Translations under genes and position numbers: made by a program
Notes under the pieces: model-generated
Told to the model about the DNA's origin: nothing
Database searches by the model: none
What the model saw: the letters and a program-made list of their open reading frames with translations, nothing else
Source: a bacterium
Lineage (GTDB): Bacteria > Cyanobacteriota > Vampirovibrionia > Obscuribacterales > JAKAZS01
Direction: 5' to 3'
Length of the DNA: 60,196 nucleotides
NCBI GenBank assembly: GCA_021815785.1
Contig: JAKAZS010000005.1
Coordinates: forward strand, 1-60,196
Shown: one piece after another, positions 39,030-48,307 of the stretch
How the letters are laid out: each line of letters opens with the position of its first letter
How positions within the stretch are numbered: position 1 is the stretch's first letter

Positions 39030-40261
39030 ATTTTAGCCTTCATTAGTGGAGTAGTATCAATTAATTCAGTTGGAGCTAGGGAAGGAACCATCAATTGAAT
39101 AAGATCGATAAGAGCTAAAAGTGGGCTATTCAAAAGGATGGCAATTGCCGGATTATTGTCGATTATAATACAGGAAATTTTTACTGGCTGAAAAGGGAGA
39201 TCAGCTATACAATCATGGTTCAAATCAAAACCCAAATTATTAGCAAAATAATTACGGGCAAAAGTTTTGCAATTATGCAATACACACATGCTAGATACAT
39301 CATAAGTATTACCAACAAAGTTATTAAGGGAAAATTTAGTATTTTCTGAATAAGAACTAAGTCTAACCCCAATACCATTTTCCCAAATATCATTTTCATT
39401 AACTGATAAATTAGCTGTACCATCACATTGAATACCAACCGTATTATTTTTAATAATATTATCGACGATTTTACTGCCTGAAATTTCTTTCAATAATAAG
39501 CCATAAGCTGAACTGCCTATATTTTGGGTAAACGTATTATGCTCCATAGTGACATTACTAGAATACATCACGGCGACTCCAGCACCATTTTGCCAGAAAC
39601 TATTATGACTATAAGTATCTTGATTAGAAAACATAAAATGCAAGCCATAACGCAAATTATTATGACTTTCATTATTTGAAATTATACTATTTGAAACAAA
39701 TTCAAAATAAATACCATCTCGATGCTTACTAATATTGTTATTAACAATTTCAATACTTTTACAATGCCACAAGTGAATACCGTTTCCAGAATTTCCTTCA
39801 CTTACCGCTTGCCCTATAATTAAGTTATTTTTTACAGTACAATTATGGCAATTGGATAAATAAATTCCAAATAAATTATTAAAAATATAATTATTTTCAA
39901 TAATAACGTTATTTGAATTTATTACTTTAACTCCAGCTCTATCTTCAGTAGAACTTATCCCACAATTATTAAGGCTAAAGCCATTTATCGTAACATTATT
40001 ACTACAGATTGTCATTATTTCATGCATACCATTGGTAGTAAGCCGAGGATGGTTTTGTCCAATTAATTTAATAGCCTTATCAATAATAATACCTGATACT
40101 ACATATTCTCCAGGTTTTACATATATACTATCACCAGTACTGGCCTGTTTAAGATTTTTTATAAGCTCTTTACTTGTTGCCACCGTCCAGTTTTTAGCAC
40201 TAGCCTGGGGTATCAAAGCAATTAAAATCGCAATTAATAACAATTTCAACATAAACTTCAC
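39014..40261 (-). CDS. nosD: Periplasmic parallel-beta-helix protein NosD
   Basis: A signal peptide, then many PbH1-type repeats (N..I.NN.I..N..GI.L). This is the nos context. Confidence 0.85.
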   Translation of the reverse strand: MKFMLKLLLIAILIALIPQASAKNWTVATSKELIKNLKQASTGDSIYVKPGEYVVSGIIIDKAIKLIGQNHPRLTTNGMHEIMTICSNNVTINGFSLNNCGISSTEDRAGVKVINSNNVIIENNYIFNNLFGIYLSNCHNCTVKNNLIIGQAVSEGNSGNGIHLWHCKSIEIVNNNISKHRDGIYFEFVSNSIISNNESHNNLRYGLHFMFSNQDTYSHNSFWQNGAGVAVMYSSNVTMEHNTFTQNIGSSAYGLLLKEISGSKIVDNIIKNNTVGIQCDGTANLSVNENDIWENGIGVRLSSYSENTKFSLNNFVGNTYDVSSMCVLHNCKTFARNYFANNLGFDLNHDCIADLPFQPVKISCIIIDNNPAIAILLNSPLLALIDLIQLMVPSLAPTELIDTTPLMKAKIWQRQ

Positions 40262-41322
40262 TGATTTGAAACAGTACTGCTATAAAATGATTTATCTAAT
40301 GCTAATTTTAATACCGACCAGGAAAATATCATTCGACCCATATTTTGGTATGGAATAATTTCCTGTTTATTGGCAAAAGTTAAGATACATTGTCCCATAG
40401 ACCCATTACGCTTGTTAGTCAACAAAAAACAGGCTTGGTTAATATCAATCGGTTTATGCGGTGGCACAAAATTACCGGCCCACATTTTAGTAATATTATT
40501 TTTTTTACCTTGACTAAATTTATGCAGACAGGTCAGTGAATCGAATAAATAAATTTTACCATGTGAATTGCTAAGTTCACACCAGGTCTGGCGATCGACG
40601 ATATTCATCTTGCAAAAAGCACAGGTATCAATACCCCAAGCTATAGCTTTAGGTTGTGGTGAAAGCAAATTTGCGCATGAATTTAAGGATAAAGTTAAAC
40701 ACATAAAAAGAAAGACACCAAGATTGGCCAACAGTTGATGACTGCCGCCTTTAAGCTTCATTTTACGATTAATACTGGCCCCATAAGCAAAAACTGTAGC
40801 CAATAAAGCTAGAACGACTCCAAAGCCAGGAATTGAAATAGCCGTAAAATTCAATAATTGCTTAACTCCTAAAAATGGTGGGTCATAAACCATTCCCGGG
40901 ATTTTAATTGGTGCATGGGGATTTAAATTATGCCCATAAACATATTCCCAATGGTTAAAATCAACTAGCCCGACTATGCCAATAAGGACTAGAAATAGAG
41001 CACAAGGCAGATATAATTTTTGTAATTTAAAAATAATTGAAACAACCAAACCACTTAAAGGGATTAGCATTGCAATAGGTAATAATTTAAATTCAATTAA
41101 TTGAGCTGGTACAATATCAGCCATGCCAATATAATGATTTAATAAATTAATATTTTGTAAATCGAAGGGGCTTCGCCCTTCAATCCCATGAAGCCAAATG
41201 TTTAAGCCTAATCCTTCCGGAAATTGTGGAGCCGATAAAATTATATACCACATTGGTACAAAATAAGTCCCAGCAAGGCAAAGTGCTGATATTGAAGCTA
41301 AAACACGCGTTTGCATAGTCAT
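40258..41322 (-). CDS. nosL: Fusion of a polytopic membrane domain (NosB-like by position) with a NosL copper-chaperone domain
   Basis: Residues 1-185 have about 4-5 TM segments. Residues 188-216 (MKLKGGSHQLLANLGVFLFMCLTLSLNSC) look like an internal lipoprotein signal. The C-terminal IDTCAFCKMNIVDRQ...LFDSLTCLHKF fits the NosL pattern. Confidence 0.6.
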   Translation of the reverse strand: MTMQTRVLASISALCLAGTYFVPMWYIILSAPQFPEGLGLNIWLHGIEGRSPFDLQNINLLNHYIGMADIVPAQLIEFKLLPIAMLIPLSGLVVSIIFKLQKLYLPCALFLVLIGIVGLVDFNHWEYVYGHNLNPHAPIKIPGMVYDPPFLGVKQLLNFTAISIPGFGVVLALLATVFAYGASINRKMKLKGGSHQLLANLGVFLFMCLTLSLNSCANLLSPQPKAIAWGIDTCAFCKMNIVDRQTWCELSNSHGKIYLFDSLTCLHKFSQGKKNNITKMWAGNFVPPHKPIDINQACFLLTNKRNGSMGQCILTFANKQEIIPYQNMGRMIFSWSVLKLALDKSFYSSTVSNQ

Positions 41323-43319
41323 TAATCCGTTTTATCATTACCCATACTCCAAGATAATGGCACTTTATCCGTATTAGCGCCAACGACTTGAACATATCCT
41401 TGCATTTCCTGATGTAAAGCCGAACAAAAGTCAGTGCAGTAAAACGGATAAATTCCTGGGTGTTTTGGCGTCCAAATTACTGTTTTAGTTTCACCACTCA
41501 TAACCCTAATATTAGGAATATCTCCACCCAAAATCGCAAAACCATGGCCAATACTCCAACTTTGTTCAAGGGAAGTCACATGAAAATAAACTTTATCACC
41601 AACTTTAATACCTTGAATATTATCCGGATTCATATGTGATCGAATTTCGGTCATATAGACATGTACTTCATTACCTTTTCGCGTAACTTTTACATCCTTT
41701 TCTGATTTAGTAACATAGGGATGAGTACTTTTAGCCAGGTCAAAAAACTTCACTGATTTAGGCATAAGCATACTAGCTAAAATTGCCTGGCCATAATGGG
41801 GTTCGCCATGAGTAGGAAAATCAAGTAATAATTTCATTTTAGCACCAGATATATCAATTAACTGAGCCGAATGATCCATATCTGGACCAGTTGGTAAATA
41901 CCGATCTTTAGTAATTTTATTTAAAGCAACTAAATATTTTCCCCAGGGTTTAGACGTATCACCGCCAGGAATTAAAAGATGACCTGGTGAATAATACACG
42001 GGTATTTTATCCAACACTTCGCCAGATTGCACATTGTATTTAGTGACGTCAGAACTTATAAAATTAGTAACATAACCATTACCACTATCATCAAATTCAT
42101 TATGTAATGGTCCTAGACCGGGTTTAGCTACTTGTGTTGCAATAATTTCACTGTATTTTAATACTGGTATATTATCAATTGATTTTTCATATGCTTGATT
42201 TTCAATTGCCGCTAACATTTTCTTAAAAGAAAATATCGTCACTTCAGCAGCAAGTTTACCACCAGCAGTCATATACTCACCAGTCGGATCGACATCCATG
42301 CCATGTGGCGATTTTGCTGTAGGCAAGAAATAAACACAGCCAGCATAATCCTTGTTTGTTAAAACAGTTTCCTGGGATATTACATTAGTTGAAGCAACCC
42401 TGCTATTAGGATCTAATATATTGTGACAATATTTAGTATTAAATGTTTCACCTTTGCCAGAATCTACTAAAGCTGCTAATTTTTTCCAGTTAACCGCGAT
42501 AGTATAATCTTTATCAAATTGTGATGCGTTAACTTCTAATAAGGTATGTGCTTGTTCAGCATTATATGAAGTAAAAAAGCACCAGTCTTTAGACGGACCT
42601 TTGCCAAAGCGAGCCAGATCATAGTCATAACCTGGAACAAGGAGTTGAAAACCCAATTTCATATGGCCTGATTTTGGATCTATTTTAACAAACGACAATA
42701 TTCCTTTAAAATTTTGCTTATAACTATTTATAGAAACGTCTTTATTTGGTACCGGAATACTAAATCTACCACCACCTACAGCATATTCAGTATTGGCCGA
42801 AATATAAGGCGAACTATGATTTCCCGCACAATTAGGTAATTCAATAGTTTCAACAGTTTCAAAAGCGGGCAGATCAATTCGCGCAATACGTGGGGTGTTA
42901 TTACCATTAGCAAACAGCCAACGCCCATCAAGAATGGCATTAGATCGAGATATCTGCAAGTGATGTAAATCATCCCAAGGTAGAAAGCCATAACTAGTCA
43001 TCAGAAGCGGCTTGGTTTCTTCACTATAACCATAACCACTGCATGGGTCTTGAGAAAATACCGGTATAACTTTAAACAATCGTCCTGATGGCAAACCATA
43101 AACATCAATCTGTCCACTATAACCACCAGACAAAAAGGCATAAAATTCATCATACTTCCCAGGCGGAACATAGGTCTTTTCCGCTGCGCTTAGGTTATCT
43201 TTATTCACGACACCACCACCACTACACCCAGTTAGACATAAAATAGTGATTAACAGACTACAAATTACCGTTAATCCACTAGTTATATATTCATTAACAA
43301 AATTCATTTTATTATTCAT
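41322..43319 (-). CDS. nosZ: Nitrous-oxide reductase NosZ, Sec-type (clade II-like)
   Basis: The C-terminal CuA motif is FYCTDFCSALHQEMQGYV, preceded by a beta-propeller-length N-domain. The N-terminus has no twin-arginine but does have a lipobox-like LTGCSGG. Confidence 0.93.
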   Translation of the reverse strand: MNNKMNFVNEYITSGLTVICSLLITILCLTGCSGGGVVNKDNLSAAEKTYVPPGKYDEFYAFLSGGYSGQIDVYGLPSGRLFKVIPVFSQDPCSGYGYSEETKPLLMTSYGFLPWDDLHHLQISRSNAILDGRWLFANGNNTPRIARIDLPAFETVETIELPNCAGNHSSPYISANTEYAVGGGRFSIPVPNKDVSINSYKQNFKGILSFVKIDPKSGHMKLGFQLLVPGYDYDLARFGKGPSKDWCFFTSYNAEQAHTLLEVNASQFDKDYTIAVNWKKLAALVDSGKGETFNTKYCHNILDPNSRVASTNVISQETVLTNKDYAGCVYFLPTAKSPHGMDVDPTGEYMTAGGKLAAEVTIFSFKKMLAAIENQAYEKSIDNIPVLKYSEIIATQVAKPGLGPLHNEFDDSGNGYVTNFISSDVTKYNVQSGEVLDKIPVYYSPGHLLIPGGDTSKPWGKYLVALNKITKDRYLPTGPDMDHSAQLIDISGAKMKLLLDFPTHGEPHYGQAILASMLMPKSVKFFDLAKSTHPYVTKSEKDVKVTRKGNEVHVYMTEIRSHMNPDNIQGIKVGDKVYFHVTSLEQSWSIGHGFAILGGDIPNIRVMSGETKTVIWTPKHPGIYPFYCTDFCSALHQEMQGYVQVVGANTDKVPLSWSMGNDKTD

Positions 43320-43336
43320 TTTTGTATACCATTAAT

Positions 43337-43798
43337 TTATTTAGTTGTGCGTAAATACTCTAATATAGCTCTAGCATCATCTGTCTTAAGCTGTAAATTC
43401 GGCATCGCTGTCAAATACTGCTCTAATAATGCTTGACCCGAAAGATTGTCTTTAGTCATTCCTTCAGGATTTAAAATAAAATTCATAATATATTCTGGAG
43501 TTTTTTTACCAGCAATGCCACCTAAAGGTGGACCAGAAAACTTTTTGTCTAATTTATGACAAGCCATACATTTGCCTTCAAAAATGAGTTTACCAGTTTT
43601 AGCCAACTTTTTATCTATTGGATCTAACTTGACTTCTTTAATCGGGCCAACTCCTTTATCTAACTGAGGACTTGTAGGCTGTGACTGTTTTGGTACATCA
43701 GTATTCTTAGATTCAGTATTTTTAACTGTAGCATTTTCTGGTTTTTGGCAAGCACAAAGCATTACCATTGCCAAAAATAATAATCCTAATTTTTTCAT
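43337..43798 (-). CDS. Monoheme c-type cytochrome lipoprotein (nos-associated)
   Basis: Lipobox LCAC, a heme-binding CMACH and a distal Met region. It lies directly upstream of nosZ. Confidence 0.8.
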   Translation of the reverse strand: MKKLGLLFLAMVMLCACQKPENATVKNTESKNTDVPKQSQPTSPQLDKGVGPIKEVKLDPIDKKLAKTGKLIFEGKCMACHKLDKKFSGPPLGGIAGKKTPEYIMNFILNPEGMTKDNLSGQALLEQYLTAMPNLQLKTDDARAILEYLRTTK

Positions 43799-44223
43799 AA
43801 GCTTTTTCTCTCAACTAACGGCTAAAAACTATCAATAAAATATTACTTATAAACTAATTTAAGTTTATAATAAGTTACAGCTTGACCATAATTAATTATA
43901 AACTTGACAATGCTAAGACTATTTTTTAAATTATAGGAATATTTTACAGCCTTATAAAAGGCCAACTAGAAGCCATTTTAAATGTTTTGTTAAAAAAAAT
44001 TACACCTTTAAATAAATTTATTAAATCTCAAGTTCAATTTAACAATGTCCATTAATTTACGAATAAAGCCAATTGTTCGACTATTTTAGAATCAAAGCAA
44101 CTATCGTTCAACTAATAACATTCATTTTTACAGCTTAGAAGCGGAATTATAATCTTAACAAAAAAAATACTTGTCAATAAACTAATAACCAATAGTAGTG
44201 AATTTATATTTTTATCCTAAAAC

Positions 44224-44721
44224 CTAATTTCTAATCCTTGAGCTTACTTCCTTAAATCGTGTATGACAGATAGCAATTGCTAAGGCATCACTGGCATCAT
44301 CAGGAGTAATTATGCTTGCTAAATTTAAAATTCTCGCTACCGCCATTTGAATATCATATTTAACCGCTTTACCATTACCGGTTAAATTAAGTTTAATCTG
44401 ACTTGGTGTGTATTCAAAAACTTCAAGATTTTTAAAATTAGCCACTTCAATGATTACACCACGAGCCTGGGCAACAGGAATTATTGTTTTAGCATTTTTA
44501 AAATAGAACAAAGCTTCCAACGCCATTTCCATTGGTTCATTTTCAGTAATTAACGTTCTTAAATCCTGTCTTACCATACTTAATCGTTGTCCCATAGTTA
44601 AGTATTTTGAAGTATGAATGACTCCTGAGTCTAAATATTCAACTTCACCTAATGCCTTATGCCTGATTAAGCCAAAACCTACACGATCAATGCCTGGATC
44701 AATTCCTAGAATAATATTCAT
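44224..44721 (-). CDS. ruvC: Holliday-junction resolvase RuvC
   Basis: ILGIDPG..R.GFG, E.LF, and the C-terminal DDASDALAIAICH. Confidence 0.9.
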   Translation of the reverse strand: MNIILGIDPGIDRVGFGLIRHKALGEVEYLDSGVIHTSKYLTMGQRLSMVRQDLRTLITENEPMEMALEALFYFKNAKTIIPVAQARGVIIEVANFKNLEVFEYTPSQIKLNLTGNGKAVKYDIQMAVARILNLASIITPDDASDALAIAICHTRFKEVSSRIRN

Positions 44722-44805
44722 AATATTTTAAATAATTTATTAGATATAAAAGTTTTAAATAAAGAACAATTATAAATCAAGTTTTTATATTACTATTAAA
44801 ACAAG

Positions 44806-46248
44806 ATGAATGATACAGTTTATTTTAATACTAAAATATCTAAACAATATTTATTAAATATCGGTTTTGACCGACGTCTCCTGATTCTGTTTTTTAGTGG
44901 CATTGGTTTAGGATTAAGCGAGCCCGGCTTTAATCAAAGTTATTTAGCCTGGTTTAGTTTAGTGCCGCTATTTATTATTCTAAGGTCCTGTATAAATCAG
45001 ATTCAGGCAATTTTGGCCGGGTTTATTTTTGGTTTTGGCTATTATTTAATTGCCATTAGTTATTTTTTAAATTTAAATAACACCCAAACGGTAAGCTTTG
45101 AGTCCTTACGGATACTACTGCAAAATGTTTTAACCTGGTGGATCTATAGTGCTGTCTATAGTACAGTTTTTATAATTTTTGCCCTTATCTTATATCTACT
45201 ACCACTGCGCACAAGCTTTATTCCTTGGTTTAAACGTCCTTATTATCCTTTTTTATTAACAGCACCATTCTTATGGATATACCTTAACTATTCGCCACTT
45301 AGTATTTTATTTTATTTAAAAAATCTAACCGTTCATTTATCCTCAAGTCAATATCTGTTTGTGCCATTAATTCAAATAGCTAAAATTGGTGGCAGTCAAT
45401 TAATTGATTTTTTTATTATTTTAGTTAATGCTAGTTTAAGTAATTTAATTATTCAAAATTTCCCTCTTGCTAAATTGTTTAGCCCGCGTATTGATAATCT
45501 TAAAGATGGTTTCGGATGCCTGCTTGACAATGCGATAATTTTGCTGATTTTATTCACGCTCTATACTTGGGGCGAATTACAAATTAATGAAGACAGCTTA
45601 AAATCAAGATTAACCATCAAAGATGAACCTAGTGTATATACCATTGTCATCTGTAACCGACTGATCGGTGAAAATACTTTGAACACCAGTCAGAAAATAG
45701 AATTAATTGAAACTTATAAAAATTTACTCAAAAAACATCCCGGCTGGCAATATTTTGTTTGTCCTGAAGGTCAGTATGCTCTTGGCGACCAAAACAGCTT
45801 ATCTAATCAAACTTTGGCTAAAAATCTAACTTTTAGCCATAACAGTTCAATCAGTAATAACTTATTAACTTATCAAGTCAATTCCCATTCTGCGTCTCTA
45901 AAACCTAGCCCCTGGGGTAAAATTGGTATTATCAGCAATTTTGCTCTGCGTAATCCCTATTTAGCTAAAAATCTTACCCGCAATGGCGCATCTTTATTAA
46001 TTACTTCTAATGAAATCGTCATACCAGCCAGTTCCAGTTTAAACGATCAACTACTGGCGATTAGCGTCTTTACAGCTATTGAGAATAATCGCTATGTAAT
46101 TTTAGCCAGCAATACCGGTATAATTGCTATAGTAGAACCTAATGGTTTAATTGCTAATTTAAGTCGTGGCAATAAAGCAAATTTTATTTTAAATAGGGTA
46201 AAATTTTTATACAAGCAAACTTTTTATACTCGAGCCTGGTGGTTATGA
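44806..46248 (+). CDS. Lnt-like paralog (CN-hydrolase domain with degenerate active site)
   Basis: It has the same architecture as lnt: a multi-TM N-terminus and a C-terminal ...AIENNRYVILASNTGIIAIVEPNG. However, the Cys motif position reads IGIISNFAL and there is no HLVPFGE-type Lys motif. Confidence 0.6.
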   Translation: MNDTVYFNTKISKQYLLNIGFDRRLLILFFSGIGLGLSEPGFNQSYLAWFSLVPLFIILRSCINQIQAILAGFIFGFGYYLIAISYFLNLNNTQTVSFESLRILLQNVLTWWIYSAVYSTVFIIFALILYLLPLRTSFIPWFKRPYYPFLLTAPFLWIYLNYSPLSILFYLKNLTVHLSSSQYLFVPLIQIAKIGGSQLIDFFIILVNASLSNLIIQNFPLAKLFSPRIDNLKDGFGCLLDNAIILLILFTLYTWGELQINEDSLKSRLTIKDEPSVYTIVICNRLIGENTLNTSQKIELIETYKNLLKKHPGWQYFVCPEGQYALGDQNSLSNQTLAKNLTFSHNSSISNNLLTYQVNSHSASLKPSPWGKIGIISNFALRNPYLAKNLTRNGASLLITSNEIVIPASSSLNDQLLAISVFTAIENNRYVILASNTGIIAIVEPNGLIANLSRGNKANFILNRVKFLYKQTFYTRAWWL

Positions 46249-46697
46249 AAAATTTAAAAACAATGATAATTTTAGGATTAATCCTCGCCGCAACTTTGAC
46301 CAAAGCCTACGGCGCCTGCCCCGAAGCTATTTTTGGCAAGAACAAGCCAATCCAGCTGGAAGTAGCCGCAACGCCTAAAGCCATTATGGAAGGGTTGATG
46401 TATCGCACCAGTTTGGATTGCGACTCCGGTATGATTTTTTTATTTAATCCAAGTCAGAAAGTAAATTTCTGGATGTATCACACCTTAATACCCTTAGATA
46501 TGATTTTCATTAAAGAGCATAAAATTGTCAAAATTTTTGCCAATGTTCCCCCTTGTAAATCCGAAACCAAAACCGATTGCCTAACTTACCCAAGCGGCGA
46601 CGGGATTTTAGTTGATGAAGTCATTGAAGTTAATGGCAATTATTGTAAACTGCACAACATTAAGGTTGGCGACACCGTTGAATATAAAAGCCCCTAA
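46239..46697 (+). CDS. DUF192 (COG1430) family secreted protein
   Basis: Signal peptide; GLMYRTSL...GMIFLF....VNFWMYHTLIPLDMIFI matches the DUF192 core. Confidence 0.7.
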   Translation: MVMKNLKTMIILGLILAATLTKAYGACPEAIFGKNKPIQLEVAATPKAIMEGLMYRTSLDCDSGMIFLFNPSQKVNFWMYHTLIPLDMIFIKEHKIVKIFANVPPCKSETKTDCLTYPSGDGILVDEVIEVNGNYCKLHNIKVGDTVEYKSP

Positions 46698-46720
46698 ACT
46701 TAATAATGGCTTCAGTTAAA

Positions 46721-46770
46721 AAGTCAAAACAACAACACTAAGCTAAAGCTTAGCGTTGTTGTTTTGACTT
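46721..46770. terminator. Bidirectional hairpin between convergent genes
   Basis: A 23-bp stem (AAGTCAAAACAACAACACTAAGC / GCTTAGCGTTGTTGTTTTGACTT) with one A-C mismatch and loop TAAA. It lies between the DUF192 gene (+) and the NifU-like gene (-). Confidence 0.6.
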
Positions 46771-46784
46771 AAGTTAATAAAACC

Positions 46785-47021
46785 CTAAACCTGGACTACT
46801 TCTTTGATTTCCGGAATAGCTTCACAAATAGCTCGTTCTACACCCATTTTAAGCGTCATAGTTGAGCTTGGACACATTCCACAGGCTCCAACCAAATGTA
46901 CAAAAACTTGTTCACCTTTAACATCTACCAATTCAATATTCCCACCGTCCATCATAAGCATTGGCCGGATTTTCTCCAAAACCGCTTCAACTTTTTCTTT
47001 CATAATAATCTCATACTCCAT
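46785..47021 (-). CDS. NifU C-terminal-domain (Nfu-type) Fe-S cluster scaffold/carrier
   Basis: IRPMLMMDGGNIELVDV...VHLVGACGMCPSSTMTLKMGVE contains the CxxC motif. Confidence 0.8.
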   Translation of the reverse strand: MEYEIIMKEKVEAVLEKIRPMLMMDGGNIELVDVKGEQVFVHLVGACGMCPSSTMTLKMGVERAICEAIPEIKEVVQV

Positions 47022-47202
47022 AATAATTATATTAGTATATACATATATATATTATAACTGGATTAAGACAATGAATTATTAAGGTATTTTTCATTATCCG
47101 AGCTATTTATGAACTTTATTTCTGAATATTTTGTTTATTTATCCAATGAATTTAAATTTATATAACATAATTTAGCTACATTCACTTTTAGGGGGTTATT
47201 TT

Positions 47203-48228
47203 ATGGTTAAGTTTGCAATAAATGGTTTTGGACGAATTGGTCGAAATGCTCTAAGAGCATTTCTTCAATCTAATATAAAAGATATAACTTTAGTGGCAAT
47301 TAATGATCCACTTCAGTCAATTGAACAATCGGCTCATCTTTTACAATATGATTCAGTATTAGGTAAATTAAATACACAAGTTAAAGTTGTTGGCGACGAA
47401 TTACACGTTGGCGAACACAAAATAAAAGTTTTTAAAGAAAGAGAACCGGGAAATTTACCCTGGGGCAAATTAAATGTTGATATTGTTATTGAATCCAGTG
47501 GCGTATTTACAGATGCAAATCTAGCTAAAGCCCATATTCAAGCTGGCGCTAAAAAAGTATTAATTTCAGCTCCAGCCAAGAATGAAGATCTAACCTTAGT
47601 ACTTGGTGTTAACGATGATAAATATAATCCAGAAAAACATCATATAATTTCCAATGCAAGCTGTACAACAAATTGCTTAGCTCCAGTAGCTAAAGTTCTT
47701 CATGAAAAGTTTGGCATCGTTAGCGGACTTATGACTACTATTCACAGTTACACTTTAGATCAAAGACTATTAGATACCTCTCATAGCGATTTACGTAGAG
47801 CTAGAGCTGCTGGTCAATCCATGATTCCATCATCTACTGGAGCAGCTAAAGCTATTGGCTTAGTACTGCCTGAATTAAATGGCAAGTTAAATGGTTTTGC
47901 CATGCGCGTTCCTACCCCTAATGTTAGTGTGGTCGATTTAGTGGCTAGTACCGAAAAACCTGTAAGTAAAGAAAGCATCAACAAAGCTCTAGAAGAAGCC
48001 AGTCATTCTTCACTTAAAGATATTATGGGCTTTAGCAATGAGCCATTGGTCTCGATTGATTTTATGCACAACAAACTGTCTTCAATTGTTGACGGTGATT
48101 TAACCATGACGGTTAATAATAACATGTTCAAAGTCTTATCCTGGTACGACAATGAATGGGGTTATAGTAATAGAATTATTGAATTAACCAGTTTTGTCGC
48201 AAAAAAAATGATGGTTAATGTAAAATAG
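47203..48228 (+). CDS. gap: Glyceraldehyde-3-phosphate dehydrogenase
   Basis: INGFGRIGR, the active site SNASCTTNCLAP, and WYDNEWGYS. Confidence 0.95.
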   Translation: MVKFAINGFGRIGRNALRAFLQSNIKDITLVAINDPLQSIEQSAHLLQYDSVLGKLNTQVKVVGDELHVGEHKIKVFKEREPGNLPWGKLNVDIVIESSGVFTDANLAKAHIQAGAKKVLISAPAKNEDLTLVLGVNDDKYNPEKHHIISNASCTTNCLAPVAKVLHEKFGIVSGLMTTIHSYTLDQRLLDTSHSDLRRARAAGQSMIPSSTGAAKAIGLVLPELNGKLNGFAMRVPTPNVSVVDLVASTEKPVSKESINKALEEASHSSLKDIMGFSNEPLVSIDFMHNKLSSIVDGDLTMTVNNNMFKVLSWYDNEWGYSNRIIELTSFVAKKMMVNVK

Positions 48229-48241
48229 TTTTGTTCTAATT

Positions 48242-48277
48242 AGTTAAGGTTAGCAGAATAATCAGCTAACCTTAACT
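48242..48277 (+). promoter_or_regulatory. Perfect 13-bp stem-loop in the gap-pgk spacer
   Basis: AGTTAAGGTTAGC - 10 nt - GCTAACCTTAACT, located 14 nt after the gap stop and 30 nt before the pgk start. There is no clear U-tract. Confidence 0.35.
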
Positions 48278-48307
48278 ATCAATACTTACTTTTAAGGATA
48301 TTTAATT

